This document shows positions 49,811 through 63,100 of a stretch of DNA of 64,000 nt, one piece after another; positions within the stretch are counted from its first letter, which is position 1, and each line of letters opens with the position of its first letter. Origin of the DNA: Podospora anserina (Eukaryota). A program made the translations under genes and the position numbers. The DNA is taken from NCBI GenBank assembly GCA_017654855.1, contig CM030333.1:1922001-1986000 (forward strand), in the 5' to 3' direction. The notes under the pieces are model-generated. The model saw only the letters and a program-made list of their open reading frames with translations, was not told the origin of the DNA and did not search any database.

Positions 49811-50928
49811 GGTGGCTGCTGGTGGAACTTGATGAAGTCGGGTGGGTGGGAGATCGGATGGTGTTGGCGGCGTGATGAATCTAAGTGGGATGGAAGAAAG
49901 AGAAAAGAGAAAAAGACCGGCCGGCGCGGGCGGGCGACCGGGGGCTGGGGTGCCAGACATCGACGGATGGCCGGGCCCAGCCCGGGGGCAGCGAGGCCGG
50001 GGGTACACATCCGGGACCGGGATGTCATACCGGGTGAGGTACCGGCCGCGTAACAAGAGTCGCTTGCAGTGATGCTGTTAAAGCTGCCAGACTTCCGCCG
50101 CGTTCCCCTCGGGGTGATAGTCTAGAAGACTATGGAAACCCACAAGTCGGTCGCCGATTGTTCATAACAACACGGCCTTATGTCTCTGTTTTTTTGTAGC
50201 TTGGTATCTTAAGAACTGGTATCTCCAGAAACCGTTCTCTTAAGCTGGGACGAATTTTGTTCAGTCCTCTCTCAAGTTAAGCACCTGGGTGTTAAGGTTG
50301 AAGAAGGATTGGAACGGTCATACAAAAGGTTGCTATATAAATTCGCGATACCTAGTTAGACCTTTGGGAAATGTGGCAATGTGTGCTGTTTACAGGAATA
50401 ATAGACTGCCCAAGTCAATATGGCGCCTTAAGGTAACGAAGGTAATCGATGAACTAGACTGACCGAGCTGTATAAGCAGGAACATCACAAAATTCGATAA
50501 TCAAAACAGCATTGAACAGAAAAGACAGAAAGAGCAAGCTCTCTGGGACCAATCCTCACCAAAAAGGCAGAGAGAGAAAGAGAGAGAGAGAGCAACCTAC
50601 CATTTGACACAATCACAATAACAGAACAGAAAAAGATCAGACGAAAGAACAACAGATCAAACAAAACACCACCCCCCACCCCCCATCACAAACCCACAAT
50701 GATGAGCCAAAACAAACAGCCGCAACCTTCAACTGTTAATCAACCATCAGAACAAGAACAAAGTAAATTCCAATCTGTAAAATATCTCCAAAGAATAGTA
50801 ATCTAAAATCTCAAACTCTCTCTTTACCGCCCCAATAATTACCCATTTTCCCTCCTTACTACTTCCCTCCCCAATCTCACTCTACCATCAACCTGCTCAC
50901 AAGCTTGCTCTCTCTCCCCGTGACTGTG

Positions 50929-53275
50929 CTAATGTCCAGGATGACCCTTCCCCTTCCCCTCAACAGCAGCCTTCACCCTCCCCCACCTCGCCGCTCCATA
51001 CCGATTCCAGTACCCATAGCCATAACCCCCTCCATATCCATACCCAGGCTCAGGCGTCTCAGTCGGGGTGCTGGTTGTTTCGTCAGAGGTAGCAGTGGTG
51101 GTAGTTGCGGTCAGAGTCGAGAAGGTGGTTGGTTGGGCGGCACTGGACTCTGTGGTTACACCGGTTGGGTCGACAGAGGCGGTTTCAGTAGCGGGTGTGG
51201 TTGTGTTGGAGTATTGATGGGATGACGTAGATGGGAGAAGTGTGGGCTCTGTTGTGCCAGTTTCTGAGAAAGGAATGCTGGAAGTGGAAGTTGTGAAGAC
51301 TGGGTCGACGGATCCCGTTTCTGAGATGGGGGCTGAGGAGGTGTAGGACGCTGTGGGGTCGATGACCGATGCCGAGGTGGTGGAGGTGTAAGTGTAAGAA
51401 GCTGTTGGGTCGACAACTGCTGTTTCGGACAAGGGAGATGAAGAGGTGGCGTAAGAGGAGGTAGAGGCTCCAGTGGGGTCGACGCTTGCAGTCTCACTTA
51501 AGGGGAAGGAGCTGGTGTACGAGGCTGTTGGGTCAACAATCGCAGTCTCTGACAAAGAGGCTGAAGTGGTGGTGTATGAAGACGAAGTTACTCCAGTGGG
51601 ATCAACGCTTCCAGTGGTGAAAGTAGGGTCGACACTGGCCGTGCCAGACGAGACAGTGGAAGAGCGGTTCAAGCTAGAAGGGAAAGAGAAGGTGTAGCTG
51701 CCGTAAACAGGCCTGCTGGTGGTGCTCGAAGTGGGAATGGAAGTCTCAGCTCTGGTCGTTGTAGTGTTGACGAAAACAGGCCGAGATGTGGCACCGGAAG
51801 TGAGGGTGGAAGTGAAAGAGAGGATAGGGTCAGCGGTGCCTGTTGTAAAGATGGTCGGCTCCGACGATGTTGGCTCGATATATGTTCTCGTAGTCGGTAT
51901 AGTAGAGCCATTGATCGACGTGTTGTCGGTGGAGAGAGCAGAAGAGGAGGACAGCACAGGGTCGTTGGTTCCGGTCGTAGCTACAGAGCCTTCAGATGAG
52001 GGGGCAACTGTGGGCAACGAGGAGTTGGGTAGACCAGTAATCGATGTCGAAGGACTGCCCGGCTCGGTCTCGGAGATCGGATCATAGGTGCTTGTTTCGG
52101 CACCAGAAGAGCTGGGAAGGGTGCTCACGCTCCACGACGTGGGAGCCGTGAAGCCGCGAGATGACGAAATAGGAGTGACAATCACCTCGCTGACTGTGGT
52201 TGAGGATATGTATGTTGGCTCGTAAGTGTCGGTGTCTGAACCTGTTCGAACTACCAATGAGTTAGCTACTGATGTTGACACAGAAGTCATTGTGCAACAC
52301 GTACCTGACGATGTCGTCTGATACGTCACGCTCGGCTGGTACGAGTACGGGGCGCCAGAGGTATGGTTGCTCCAGATACCAGTCCCGCTCGGGTGAGGGA
52401 AGGGATATCCAGTACCACCAGTGCCTGTTGGCCAAGGAATCCAGCGAGAAGTGGAGGGCGCCGTGACTGTGGCGAAGACGGACGACGTCAAGGTCAAAGT
52501 CACAAAGCTAGTCGAGTCGACTTCAGAGGTCACCGGCAGCTCGGTGGCCACAGAAGAAGTGGTCCCAACTGGATCGACGCCTTCTGTGCTGGAACCAGTG
52601 GGAATCGAGGAGACACTGGCAGCAACAGTCGACGTCAGGTCATCCGTGATGGAAGGGAATGTCTCCATAGGTGCTGTGCTGACTCCAGTTGGCACCACAG
52701 GAGCAGTGGTATTCCAGCGACCTGTTGGTGTAGCAGATGCAAGTGAGTCGCTGGGTCCAGTGCCCCAGGGAGCAGTACCCCAGGGAGCAGTACCACTGCT
52801 AGGAAGACTGGTGCGGCTACTCCAGACATAGGTCGAGTTTGCGTATGATGGAAGCAAGGTTGTGCCTCCTGTCGGGGCTGTCCCACCAGTCGGGCCAACG
52901 ATGCCGGTGGTGGAAAGGGATGCTGAAGTGTGGTTGAACCATGCAGATGAGGATAGCGAGGAGCTTCCTGGAAAGTTGGAGACCGTGTGTCCAAGTGTGC
53001 AGGAAGTCGTAGTGGGAGCAGCACGGGATGAAGAGCAACCGCCATAGACTGTGACCGTGGTCGTAGCATAGGTAGGGGTGCAAGAGCCGATGCGAACTGT
53101 CACTGTTTCTGTAACGGTCTCTGTGGATTCGGCATGGACAACATGTCCGCGGTCAACAGGAATGTGCGCTAAAGCAACGGCATGGCTATTAAAGATCAGT
53201 TACTGTGTCATGCGAGTTGAAGAAGTCAACATACCCAAGACTCAACAGAGCCAACGAGTGAATACCTCCCAACAT
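50929..53275 (-). CDS. Secreted Ser/Thr-rich mucin-like surface protein (intron 53186-53234)
   Basis: Signal peptide split over two exons, very high Ser/Thr content, SETAxVDPT repeats and a Gly-Tyr-rich tail. Confidence 0.78.
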
Positions 53276-55309
53276 GGCGGCGGTAGAGCCTTATCGTATG
53301 CTAAAAGAACGTAGCGGCACCTCTGAATGGACGGAGGAAAGCGACCTGCTGGCTGAAGAAGAAGAGAACCATCGCAAAAAGCATCCTCATGACCTTCTTA
53401 TATCATTCCACAACCAGCAACATGTTTCGTTTCCCATCCTCCTGTTTGGTCAGAGCTGTGCCCCCGTCAACGGCCGAGTTTGCCCTTCATCATAGGAACA
53501 ACCCCGGTCCAAGCAAGATGTCACCAACCTCATGTTTGCACTCATTTGGGAAAGGAGCCAGACCGATGTGGCTTGAAATGTATTGATCCGCCGGTATGAA
53601 AGGACGCACCTGGGGTGTGTCGTGAGTGTTTCCACGGTGCGCCACCTTCGACCGTTGCCAAAGGCAAACCGATCTCGCCAAGGAAAGGACGTTTTGGAGA
53701 CGGCCTTGTGTGACATTAAAACAGCCTCGAAAGGGAAAAGACTAAACAGAGACCCGGGGAATCCTGGTGAGTCCTCTGCAAGCGAGCCATTCAGCTGTTG
53801 CTGAATCCCGTTTGCATGCAGCTGCACCGTCCCGATGCTTTTCACGGCCGCATATACTACCGGTGGCGTGCGCACTGCACCGGGAGGGAATGCGAGATAG
53901 CCGAAAGGACTTTTCAACGTTATATGATGGCTGTTACATGACGAGTAGGGTTGCTAGTTGGTTGTACCATGCGCGGCTCGACGCTCGGTATTGGTAAGAA
54001 ACGGGGGCTGGAAACGATTTTGGTTGCTCGTTGGTCTCAGAGTAGATGTCACAGACTCTAGAAAAGAAGTCTGGGATCTAAACAAGCAGTTCGTCGTTGC
54101 CAGCGGAATGTCTTGATACAGGGTTGGCTTGTCTTTTGCAGGGGTAGCTGCTAGGTGTCAGGGACAGCCACAGTCGACGCGCATGAGAGGACATGTGGTG
54201 TCAAGATTGGCTGTGGTCTGCCGACGCATACCCAACTTTGCCATTTATCGAGATATATCACGGAACAATCCATCTCTGTTCACCTAGCGTCGACAATAGT
54301 AACTGCGAAGAATGTTAGCAAAAAGTCAAGATACACCGACCTCCACGTGGAAAGGAATACACCCGCATGTCTGCCACGAGCGATGGAAAAATAGCATGGT
54401 GGGCACAGCGATGAATGCACGGTATTAGTTGAGTCAAACAGAGACAGCTCCAGCTGTGGAAAGGCACTCGTATTGTTCATGACTCTGATTCTCCTCGTTC
54501 CTGCAGCGGCTGACCTGCGGCTGGCCGATGGCAAGGCGACACGAAAGCCGTGCTTCCCCATCACAGACGGGCGATGCGGCTGCCATAGCTAACGCCCAGG
54601 GAGTACAACCGAATAGGCGGGCTTTTTCACCAAAGAAATTGGCGGACCGACCTGCGGAAACGGCCTTGGAAAGGGGCCCACCAGATCTTGCATGTTGACG
54701 ACGTCTGCTGTGCGCGTTACCTGTCATGCCTGAAGATCGGTGATCCGGGACCCGGGGTGGCTGGCGGCGTGTTTCCAAGCAAATGAGATGCACGTCAGAT
54801 AAATGAGGATGCTGTCGTGGACGGAGTCGTGCATTAAAGTATTGAAGCGGTGACCAGGAGGCAAGAAACCTGGAGACTCGGGATCGGAAGCCTCAGTGAC
54901 GGAAGCCGGGCCTGTCCATCAACCATCCCGACCGGAGAATACGGGGATAGTGGTCAGACTCGCCAGTTCCGAGAACAACCTGACCTGCTATTTTGGTAAG
55001 TAATAGAAGTTTCTGGCGTCTGTTTTGTGTTCTCCGGTGCGGAACATCGAGGGTTCAAGGGACACTGGGGCTCGACAGATGGCTCGAGAACTCGAGGTCT
55101 CGGTGAGAAAGCTGCTGAAAGAAATCGAGTTCTGAAACCTGTGACTGGGAGTGAGGGGATGATCCTGGACACGATAATGACGGATGCACAAACCCGGAGG
55201 CCTAGGTGTCTTGGAGGAGCGAGGATGATGAACTGAGAATGTCTTGATGTCATATTCGAACGACCGCTGAACAACATATCCAACAAAATACCTACCCTAC
55301 GAGGAAACG

Positions 55310-56134
55310 TTACAATTTTGTAGCTTCGCTGGTGCCCAAGAAGCGCTCCTCGGCCGTCTTCCAGTTGATGACGTTCCAGATATTCTCGACATACGCAGCC
55401 TTTCCGTTGAGATACTAGGAACCGGATGTTAGCTTTCAAGATACAGCAAAGAAAAGAGCTCGGAAAAAAATTACCTGAAGATAGTAAGCATGCTCCCACA
55501 TATCGACACCAAACACGGGAACATCTCGTCCAACCACCGGATCTTGATCCTTGGTGGTCACGATCCGCAGCCCATTCGCACTGTCCTTGACCAGCCAGCC
55601 CCAGCCACTTCCTTGAATCCCCAGCAAGGTGCTAGAGAAAGCGTTCTTGAAGTCGTCCAGACTGCCCCAGGTCTTCTCAACAGCAGCCACCAGCTCTTTT
55701 GCAGCCTCGGGCTTTGTCTCTTCGCTCTCGGCGGGGGCAAGGTTCTTCCAGAACAGCGAGTGGTTGATATGCCCACCACCGTTGAACTTGATGACCTGCT
55801 GCATCTCGATCTGACTGGCAATATCGCCTGCGCCAACAGCAGCAACGTGCAACCTGAGAGCGTTGTTCAAGTTTGTCACATAGGCCTGGTGGTGCTTGCT
55901 GTGGTGCAGCTCCATGATCTGGGCTGAAATGTGCGGTTCCAAAGCCTGCAATTCAGTGTTAGCGCATGACACCTAGCAGACGGAGCAGTCGAGACTTACA
56001 TTGTAAGCATATGGCAATGCCGGCAGGGTGTACTCTTGAACAGCCATCTTGGTAGCGTTAAAGTCCTCGCCGGAGAAGGCCCTCAAAGGCGCCTGGACGG
56101 CGAGATACTTCAAGATATTGTCAAAGTTGACCAT
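55310..56134 (-). CDS. Mn/Fe superoxide dismutase, MnSOD type, 3 exons (introns 55946-55999 and 55415-55474)
   Basis: YTLPALPYAYN/ALEP, HHSKHH, FNGGGHINH, QGSGWGWL and DMWEHAYYLQY; a second in-frame ATG at 56047. Confidence 0.93.
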
Positions 56135-57578
56135 GATTGCCAGCTAGCAAGGTCCCCAGAGATCCCCAGAGATGTCCACGAATGAAAGCTCCCCAAAAGT
56201 GAAACGTGCTCAACGCAGTCCTCGGCGGATCAGCTGTCTTCTGCTTTCCTTGTGGAGATGCCGACAATGCGGTATTGACAGCGGACGACAGATTGGTGAT
56301 GGCGAACGGTTTGTGAGCGGTGTCCTTGTCACTCTGAACCAACCCGCGCAAACATGCTCAATCGACCGCGTCCCTCTTGTCGCGCGGCCGGATCTCCGAG
56401 CGTTGCAGCGTTGCGGATCATGGTGGGGCAACCCCTTCCCAAAACAGGCCGCCAAGCAGTGTCATAGCATCTCATTGGTCAGGTGGCCACAACCCTGGGT
56501 CACATCCCCAGATTTCTGGCACGGGTCGCCCTCACACAACCCTGCTTCCCGACCTTGATGGCCCTGCCCTTCACCAACCTTGATGGCCTAGCCTTCTGCA
56601 TCTTGAGACACCTTTGAGATATGCGCGCAACGAGAGGCGAGCGGGAAGCTCATGTATCCCGGCAGGTGAAGTAGGATGGAACTACCTTGATAGCTGGAAT
56701 AAATACAACTGTGTCCCATCATCTTGAGTTTGCTCATCTTCAATCCCAGCTTCAAATATCTACATCACAACCAACGAAATGTGCGGCCCAGAAACCCCCT
56801 CCAACCTCCCCAGAGTCGGTGCTCGTGTAGACTTCTACTCGTCCTCTACCCGCCAACCATTAGGAAACCTCCTCTTCCACAATCCATCCACTCCTTCCAG
56901 TTCAAGCGCTACCCACGTCCGGTTCTCGTCTCCTTCATCAGGCTCAGCCTGTTCTTCACGATCCTCTTCACCAGTGCCATCTAAGAAGGATGATGAAGAT
57001 GTCCTAGTATCCATCCAGTGCGCTCACCACCTTGTTAACTACCATCTCTCATCCAGAGACTAATGAAGTTCTAGTGTCTCGGGCGACATGAGCAAACCCA
57101 TCCGAGAATCCGGACTGCTCCAGCAATTCTTTCTCCCAAGCACATCCATAGAAGCACACTATGAGGTTGCGCTCCGAGAAAAGCTGTCACTTGTGGTTGG
57201 GATAGGCATCATCGGACGGAGAGTTTCCATGACCAGAGGCGATGAGGTGCTGGCTGATGGTATCATCGGGTTCAATGCGCTGCCGGAAAGCATGGCTTCT
57301 CTTTGAGTGTTGCTGCAGCACGTTTTTGTATTTGTCAGAGACGTTGAACGTCGTGGTTGGCTTATTAGCATTGGTTCGGGTCAGGATCAGGTTGGGATGC
57401 TTGGTACCGGCGTTTGTGGCTTGGATCAAGGGGAGCGTTTGTTTGGTCAACAAAGAATAATGGCTTCAAGATGCATTTCTAATCGCGATATATGCAGACG
57501 CTTACGGCTCTTTGCCGTGTGATGACCTCTTGAAGATTAAATGCCATGCCGCCCAAACTCCAAACAACAAACCGTCCA

Positions 57579-58811
57579 TCAAGCCTGGGTCTCGTCCCAG
57601 TCCGACCACTTCCTCACAATATCATCCACCACCTCAACCGCCTTCCTGCTCGCCTCAACCTCGAACCACTCCCGGTGCTCCTTGCCACAAGCCTCGCACT
57701 TGCCGCGATCTCCAGCTCTCAGCCCAAGACCATCTAGCTCAATGTGCACCAAGCGTTCCACCTTGTGACTATGAGGTACTTTGCGCTCCGTCGTAGTTGT
57801 GCTGTTGGACGGGACATAGGGATAGTACCGAATAAGCGAGATGTTATACCCGCACTGCCGCTGCCATTCGTTCAACCTGCGCTGGACGTTGGTAGCCCGA
57901 CCAATCTTCAACAGAATCTTCTTGTTGGTGTGCGAACTTCTTCCATTACCACTGCTGGGACGGGGTCTGTCATCATCGTCGTCGTCGATAAAGGCCGCAA
58001 ACGAGGCGAGCATGTCGCTTATCGTCCTGGAACCTGACGGTCGAGCAGATGGTGATAGCAAGGACCGAGCGGTCTCCGCTGCGGGGGTCAAAGGTTGGGA
58101 CTCTGGAGTCAGCCAGAAGATGTAAATGTAGCCAGGGTCGTCATTTTCCGAGAAGGGCTTGGCTAATTCTTTCGCTAGCTTCGCGGCGGTTTCGGGGGGC
58201 GCATCCGCGGGAATCAACGCGGCATGGTTCTTCTTCTGCGAAGATGTCGGACGCGCAGAAGGAGGCCTGGCCGAACTTGGTCTTGAGGGCTTGTTCCCGC
58301 TCGGCCTATAAGGCACCGAGGCTGATGTAGGCTTCTGAAGTGGCACGGGCTGAGGGCGAGGGGGAGGCACGAGATCGTCGAGCGGAAGTGTAAAGCAGAA
58401 GCAGCAGGTGATGCCCTTCTTCTTTTCTGGGCGCGCTGACTGGGAGTATCCGCCGCTGTATTTGCTGGGCCTAGGTTCAGAATGTGTCTTCACGAGACCT
58501 AGCCTCTCCGCAAGAGTGTCTATGCTCGTTCGTCCCTCCAGTATCGGTGTATGAGACAGCTTCGGGCCGGGGCTCGAGTGGGCGGACATGGCCGCCTGTT
58601 CCTTGTGTTGCCAGCAGTACAAGTCTGGATCGCTCGGGTCGTCGACTTGGAGTTTGTTTCTCTTGGACTTTGGCGGGGGAGGGGCATCATCACTGAGGAG
58701 CGAGCGCCTACATGGGCGGCCGCTGCCTGTGATTCCTCGACATGTCGTCCCTGGATCTTTCGAGTCGGAACGGCCGAGGCGAGATTCGGGGGTGTTGGCA
58801 AAGATAGGCAT
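57579..58811 (-). CDS. T5orf172/MUG113-like (GIY-YIG-related) domain protein
   Basis: GYIYIF, LLKIGRATNVQRRLNEW, HKVERLVHIEL and CEACGKEHREWF; N-terminal CRG...CRR...YCWQH motif. Confidence 0.8.
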   Translation of the reverse strand: MPIFANTPESRLGRSDSKDPGTTCRGITGSGRPCRRSLLSDDAPPPPKSKRNKLQVDDPSDPDLYCWQHKEQAAMSAHSSPGPKLSHTPILEGRTSIDTLAERLGLVKTHSEPRPSKYSGGYSQSARPEKKKGITCCFCFTLPLDDLVPPPRPQPVPLQKPTSASVPYRPSGNKPSRPSSARPPSARPTSSQKKNHAALIPADAPPETAAKLAKELAKPFSENDDPGYIYIFWLTPESQPLTPAAETARSLLSPSARPSGSRTISDMLASFAAFIDDDDDDRPRPSSGNGRSSHTNKKILLKIGRATNVQRRLNEWQRQCGYNISLIRYYPYVPSNSTTTTERKVPHSHKVERLVHIELDGLGLRAGDRGKCEACGKEHREWFEVEASRKAVEVVDDIVRKWSDWDETQA

Positions 58812-60160
58812 GGCGCTGGAGCTGGTTGTCGAGCGAAGACATCGGCCAGCAGACTGTGAGCAACTTCAAGATATATACCTGAAGTAGCCGCTGAGTCCAC
58901 TGTTGGTGCGTGACTGCAACTGCGCGCGCTGGCGGTTGTGGGCCTGCATCTTGGGCTGCCTGGTTTCAAGGTGTGGATAGTTCGGCATCCCTGAGCCGGC
59001 GCTCGAAGTCAGGGGGCTGGGTCTGTAATGGGGAAAGTGTGGCTGACGCAGCCATTTTCAGGCACAGCCACGTTATGCTCCACCTGTCAGGGCGCGAGCT
59101 TGATTCGCCGTTGAGGGAGCCACGTGTTTTGGTAGCTGTCCATCAGGTCGCAGTTCCATCAACACTATATCAGATGGGATTCTGCACATTTGCGAGTTTG
59201 CTCAGTCGTTGAAACAATGGGTTGTTTCTTTGTAACGAGTTCTGGTTACAATGGCATTCAGCTGCAGCACCACGGCTCGGTGAGCCGCCTCATTGCTCAG
59301 CTCGGTGTCACACAACATCAAACAGTCAGGCAGAGCACGTTGCGTTTCCCTGCAGCAAGCAACTAATGGTTGGTCCCATTCCAGGAACTGATGAGGCTCG
59401 ATTCCCAATCGGTGGCCTTCAATTGCTCAGAAGAAGATATCCTTCAACGCGCGAACACCGCGTTAGGCGTAACATTTTGCGCTAGCTTCAGCCAATGGTA
59501 GCGCTCGGCTTGTCCCAAAAGGGCAATTGGACAACATCAGAGAGCTGCCATCGCCAATGGTCATGCCCAGCTTTCTCTTGTCACAAAACCCATGCTTAGA
59601 TTGATAGCAGCGCTAACAGTGACAATTTTGCACACAGTTGCCGATTTTCATCCATGATCTTTCCATGTTGGATCGATGCCAGACACAACACCCTCCGGCC
59701 ATTAAGTTCAGAGCTCCGAAGCACCTCCCAAGCAACGTTAACTTTCATGTCACTTCTCCAAGGATTGGCCATGGTCAGATGTGAGAAGGCGACTTGAGAG
59801 TGTAAAATCTCTCAATTGTCTGCTGTTGCCCAGAAAAACCAGGGTTCAATTCTCATCGAGAACTCCCCTGTAAACCTTGGTTCCTCGGTGTTTTTCGGGC
59901 GTCTGCACTTCGATATCCACATGTTGATCTTGCGCATTGGAGCCTACTGGCAATGAAAACTGGATATTATTGTGAACTACGGGCTACAAGTCGGGCGTTC
60001 TTTTTCTCCTTCACTTTTTACCTGATATTCCTCAACCAAACCAATAAGATATCGCAACCAAAATAAACTCCAGGAGACAGAAAAGAAAACACGTTCTACC
60101 CCGTTTTACGACTCACAACTCGCACACATATGCTTCACATCCAGGTTACCTAGGTTAACA

Positions 60161-63100
60161 TCACTTCTTTCCCTTCTTCCCATCCTTGACCCCCTTCTTA
60201 TCGTTATCCTCCTTCTTCGCACCCTTATCCCCCTTCCCTCCATCGCCTTGTGCATTCTCCAAAAACTCGCGCAACCTCTCTGCGGTAGTCATGGTATCAA
60301 CGTGCGTCTCCCCCAAGACTTGCTCCTGCGTTGCGAGCGTGGCCCGAAACAAGTCTTCCGCCTCCTTTCTCTTGTTTCTGGCAGCATAGTTGAGGGCAAG
60401 GCTTTGTGCCGTATGTAATGTTTCCGGGGCGTCCCTCCCAAGCCAATACCCCTGCAGCCCGAGTATCCTCTCCAGCTCCTGTCCTGCCGCTTCCCACTCC
60501 TCGGCTTCCTCGAGGAACAAAGCAACATTGTGTCGGGTGATGAGGGTCTCGGGATGGGTGTCCCCGAGGACTTTGATCTGGCTCTGCAAGGCGAGCGCGA
60601 ACATCTGCTCAGCCTGTGTGTTTCCCTGGCGGGCGTAGAGACAAGCGAGGGCACGCAGCATGCGGAGACACTCTGGGCTTTCAGGGCCAAGTCTGTCGCG
60701 GGCTATGACAATGGCCTGTGAGAAATGTTGTTCGGATTTGGGGAAGTTTCCTTGCCGTTCGTAGGCTATGGCGAGGGAGTAGTGAGCGTTGGCGGTACGC
60801 ATGGTGTTGAGGCCGTGGGTGTTTATTGCTGATTCCAGCAGGCGTTCAAAGAGCACAGCTGGGTCGTCTTCAAGGGTGTCTCCATTCTGTGGTGCTAAAG
60901 AAGAAGAGCCGTTGCCCGAAGGGTCATTGTTTCCAGGTGTACCAGAAGCTGGAGATCCACTCGTGGGTGCTGGGAGGCCGCGGTTGTTTGCGAGGTTGTT
61001 GGCCTTGGTCTGGCTGGGCTGTCTCATGCTTGGGTGGGCTAGTCTCAAAGCAGCCAGTTCGGCTAGCTTTTGAATGGTGCTCGTGTGTTCGCGTCCAGAG
61101 CTCTCTTCTAGAAGCCGAAGCTCGCTGCGCAGCTCCTGAGGGTTGGGGATGAAGCAAGCACGGGATGACGGTTTCTTGCCACCCGCCACAGACAGGCTTT
61201 TCTGATCCAGGCCGAGTTTGTCGAGAGCTTGTCTGGCTGTCTCGACATCTTTGTCTGACAGATAGTAACGCCGTTTCGAGTCTTCCGAACGTCGAGTGAG
61301 AGCCTTCTCGAAGTGCGATTTTGCGGCTTCCATCCGGCCAATGTGCTGGTAGTACTGGGCAACCTTCAAGTGCAAAGTTGCAGTGCACTTGCCTTCTGAA
61401 AACTTCGTACGAAACTTTAGGGCAGCAAGGATGCTGGGGAGCAATGCTTCATCCAACTCATGATCACCATCCTTCAAGGTCTCGTAGAGCTGGCGAAGGA
61501 CCTTCTCTTCAATTAATTCCTTCTCTTTCCTTTCCTCAAGATAGCGTTGCAGACAGAGGCGGACAATTCCGGTCACACGAATGAATCTATCATCTGCTGA
61601 CCTCTCTATCATGCCGTACATTTCCAATTTTGGGGTCAGCTTCCAGTCAGCCTTCTGGAAGAAGTCTTTCGGGATACTCTGAACTTCCAAGACGCCAACT
61701 GAGCAAAGTAAACTTGCCGCTTCTGGGTGCTTTTTCTCCATCACTCTGAATAGTCGTTTCCAAGCTAGCATGGCATTCGTCGTATGATCGGGTTTGGTCG
61801 AGTCAGGAAATCCGACCATGCCTTCGTATTCCTTCAAGTTGATCTTCTTGTCGATCTTGTTGCGGTAAGCGTGTGGAAATGCAAGGACACCAGCTGTGCC
61901 CCCAAGCTTCTTGGCCAGCTGTTTGGCTTGTTCGAACCTCGGTGTGTCCTTTGGATTTTCTCCAAGAATCATGAACACGGCGTCTTTGTCTTGAAGGGGT
62001 TTAACTTCGACGACGAATTGCAACCTTTCCGCAAAGCGTCCTGCCAGACGTGCCTGCCTTGTTGTAACCAGAACCGTGCTGTGTCTGCCCCTGGGAATAA
62101 AATCCCAAAGGCTCCGCTCATCATGTGTGTCAGAGTCTGTGAGCCAGTCCAGCGAGGATTCATCGTCAAGACCATCCACAACCATCAGCCAATGACTGTT
62201 GGCGCTTTTCTTGAGCGCGTGGCGGACGTCCCTCACAACATCTTGCGGCGAATTTGGGTCCCTGAGACGGACTTGAAGGCCCTCCGCTATACGCTTGTAT
62301 GAGAACTCGAATTGCTCGGCGCTGCCCGCGTCGATCCAGTGTATGTGAGCGCCGGGGTTTGCGATACAATATCGATAAGCATATTCAACGGCGATGTGTG
62401 TCTTTCTGTGGCCGGTTCAATTAGTCTGCTGCGGAATCCAGCTTTCAGTATGGACAAGTGGCATCGGAGATGAGAGTTAAAGATGCTTACCCAGTCCCTA
62501 AACCTCCGGTGAGTGCTACTACTAGGCCGTTTTCGTCATGAAACTTTTTTTCAAGGAGACCTAATATGTCTGCTCGGTCCACAAAGTGACCATCCTTCCT
62601 GATTGGAATTGGAAGCTTTGCCAAGTGTGGCAGGTGACTGTGAGACTGGCTGGGCTTGGAATCTGTTGAGTATAGGAGTCAGACTACTTGTCTAGTGATC
62701 TGCGTGGGTACGAGTACAAATGGAAAGGAGAAGCTGTTTGGATTCCGTCAAAATGCAGCATATGGATCCAAATATTCCTAGTTCTCGGCGAATAGACCCC
62801 ATGGTCTGACCAAAGCCCCGAAACCCTGATGAGGAACCACCTTACCTACTTGCTTCCTCCTCTCCTGGTTTTCCCTTGCCACCTTGGCCATTTTCACAAT
62901 CTGCTGGCGGACTGAGTCGTAGTTGGCATCTTCATTGTCTTCGAAGGTGTTCATGTTGAAGTGGTCGGCATTAAGACCTGTGGAGCCGTGGCCGTAGACT
63001 GTCGCAGATGACTGCGTAACAACAAATTCCTAAAAGAGAAGTTGAGATGTTAGTGATACCCACCTGGAAGGAATGTTGGAAATGGAATTGTCAACGTACC

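Noticed and set aside
56700-57480. Possible gene relic between the SOD and T5orf172 genes
   Set aside because: Multiple stops in the frames examined and no consistent splice model or motif.
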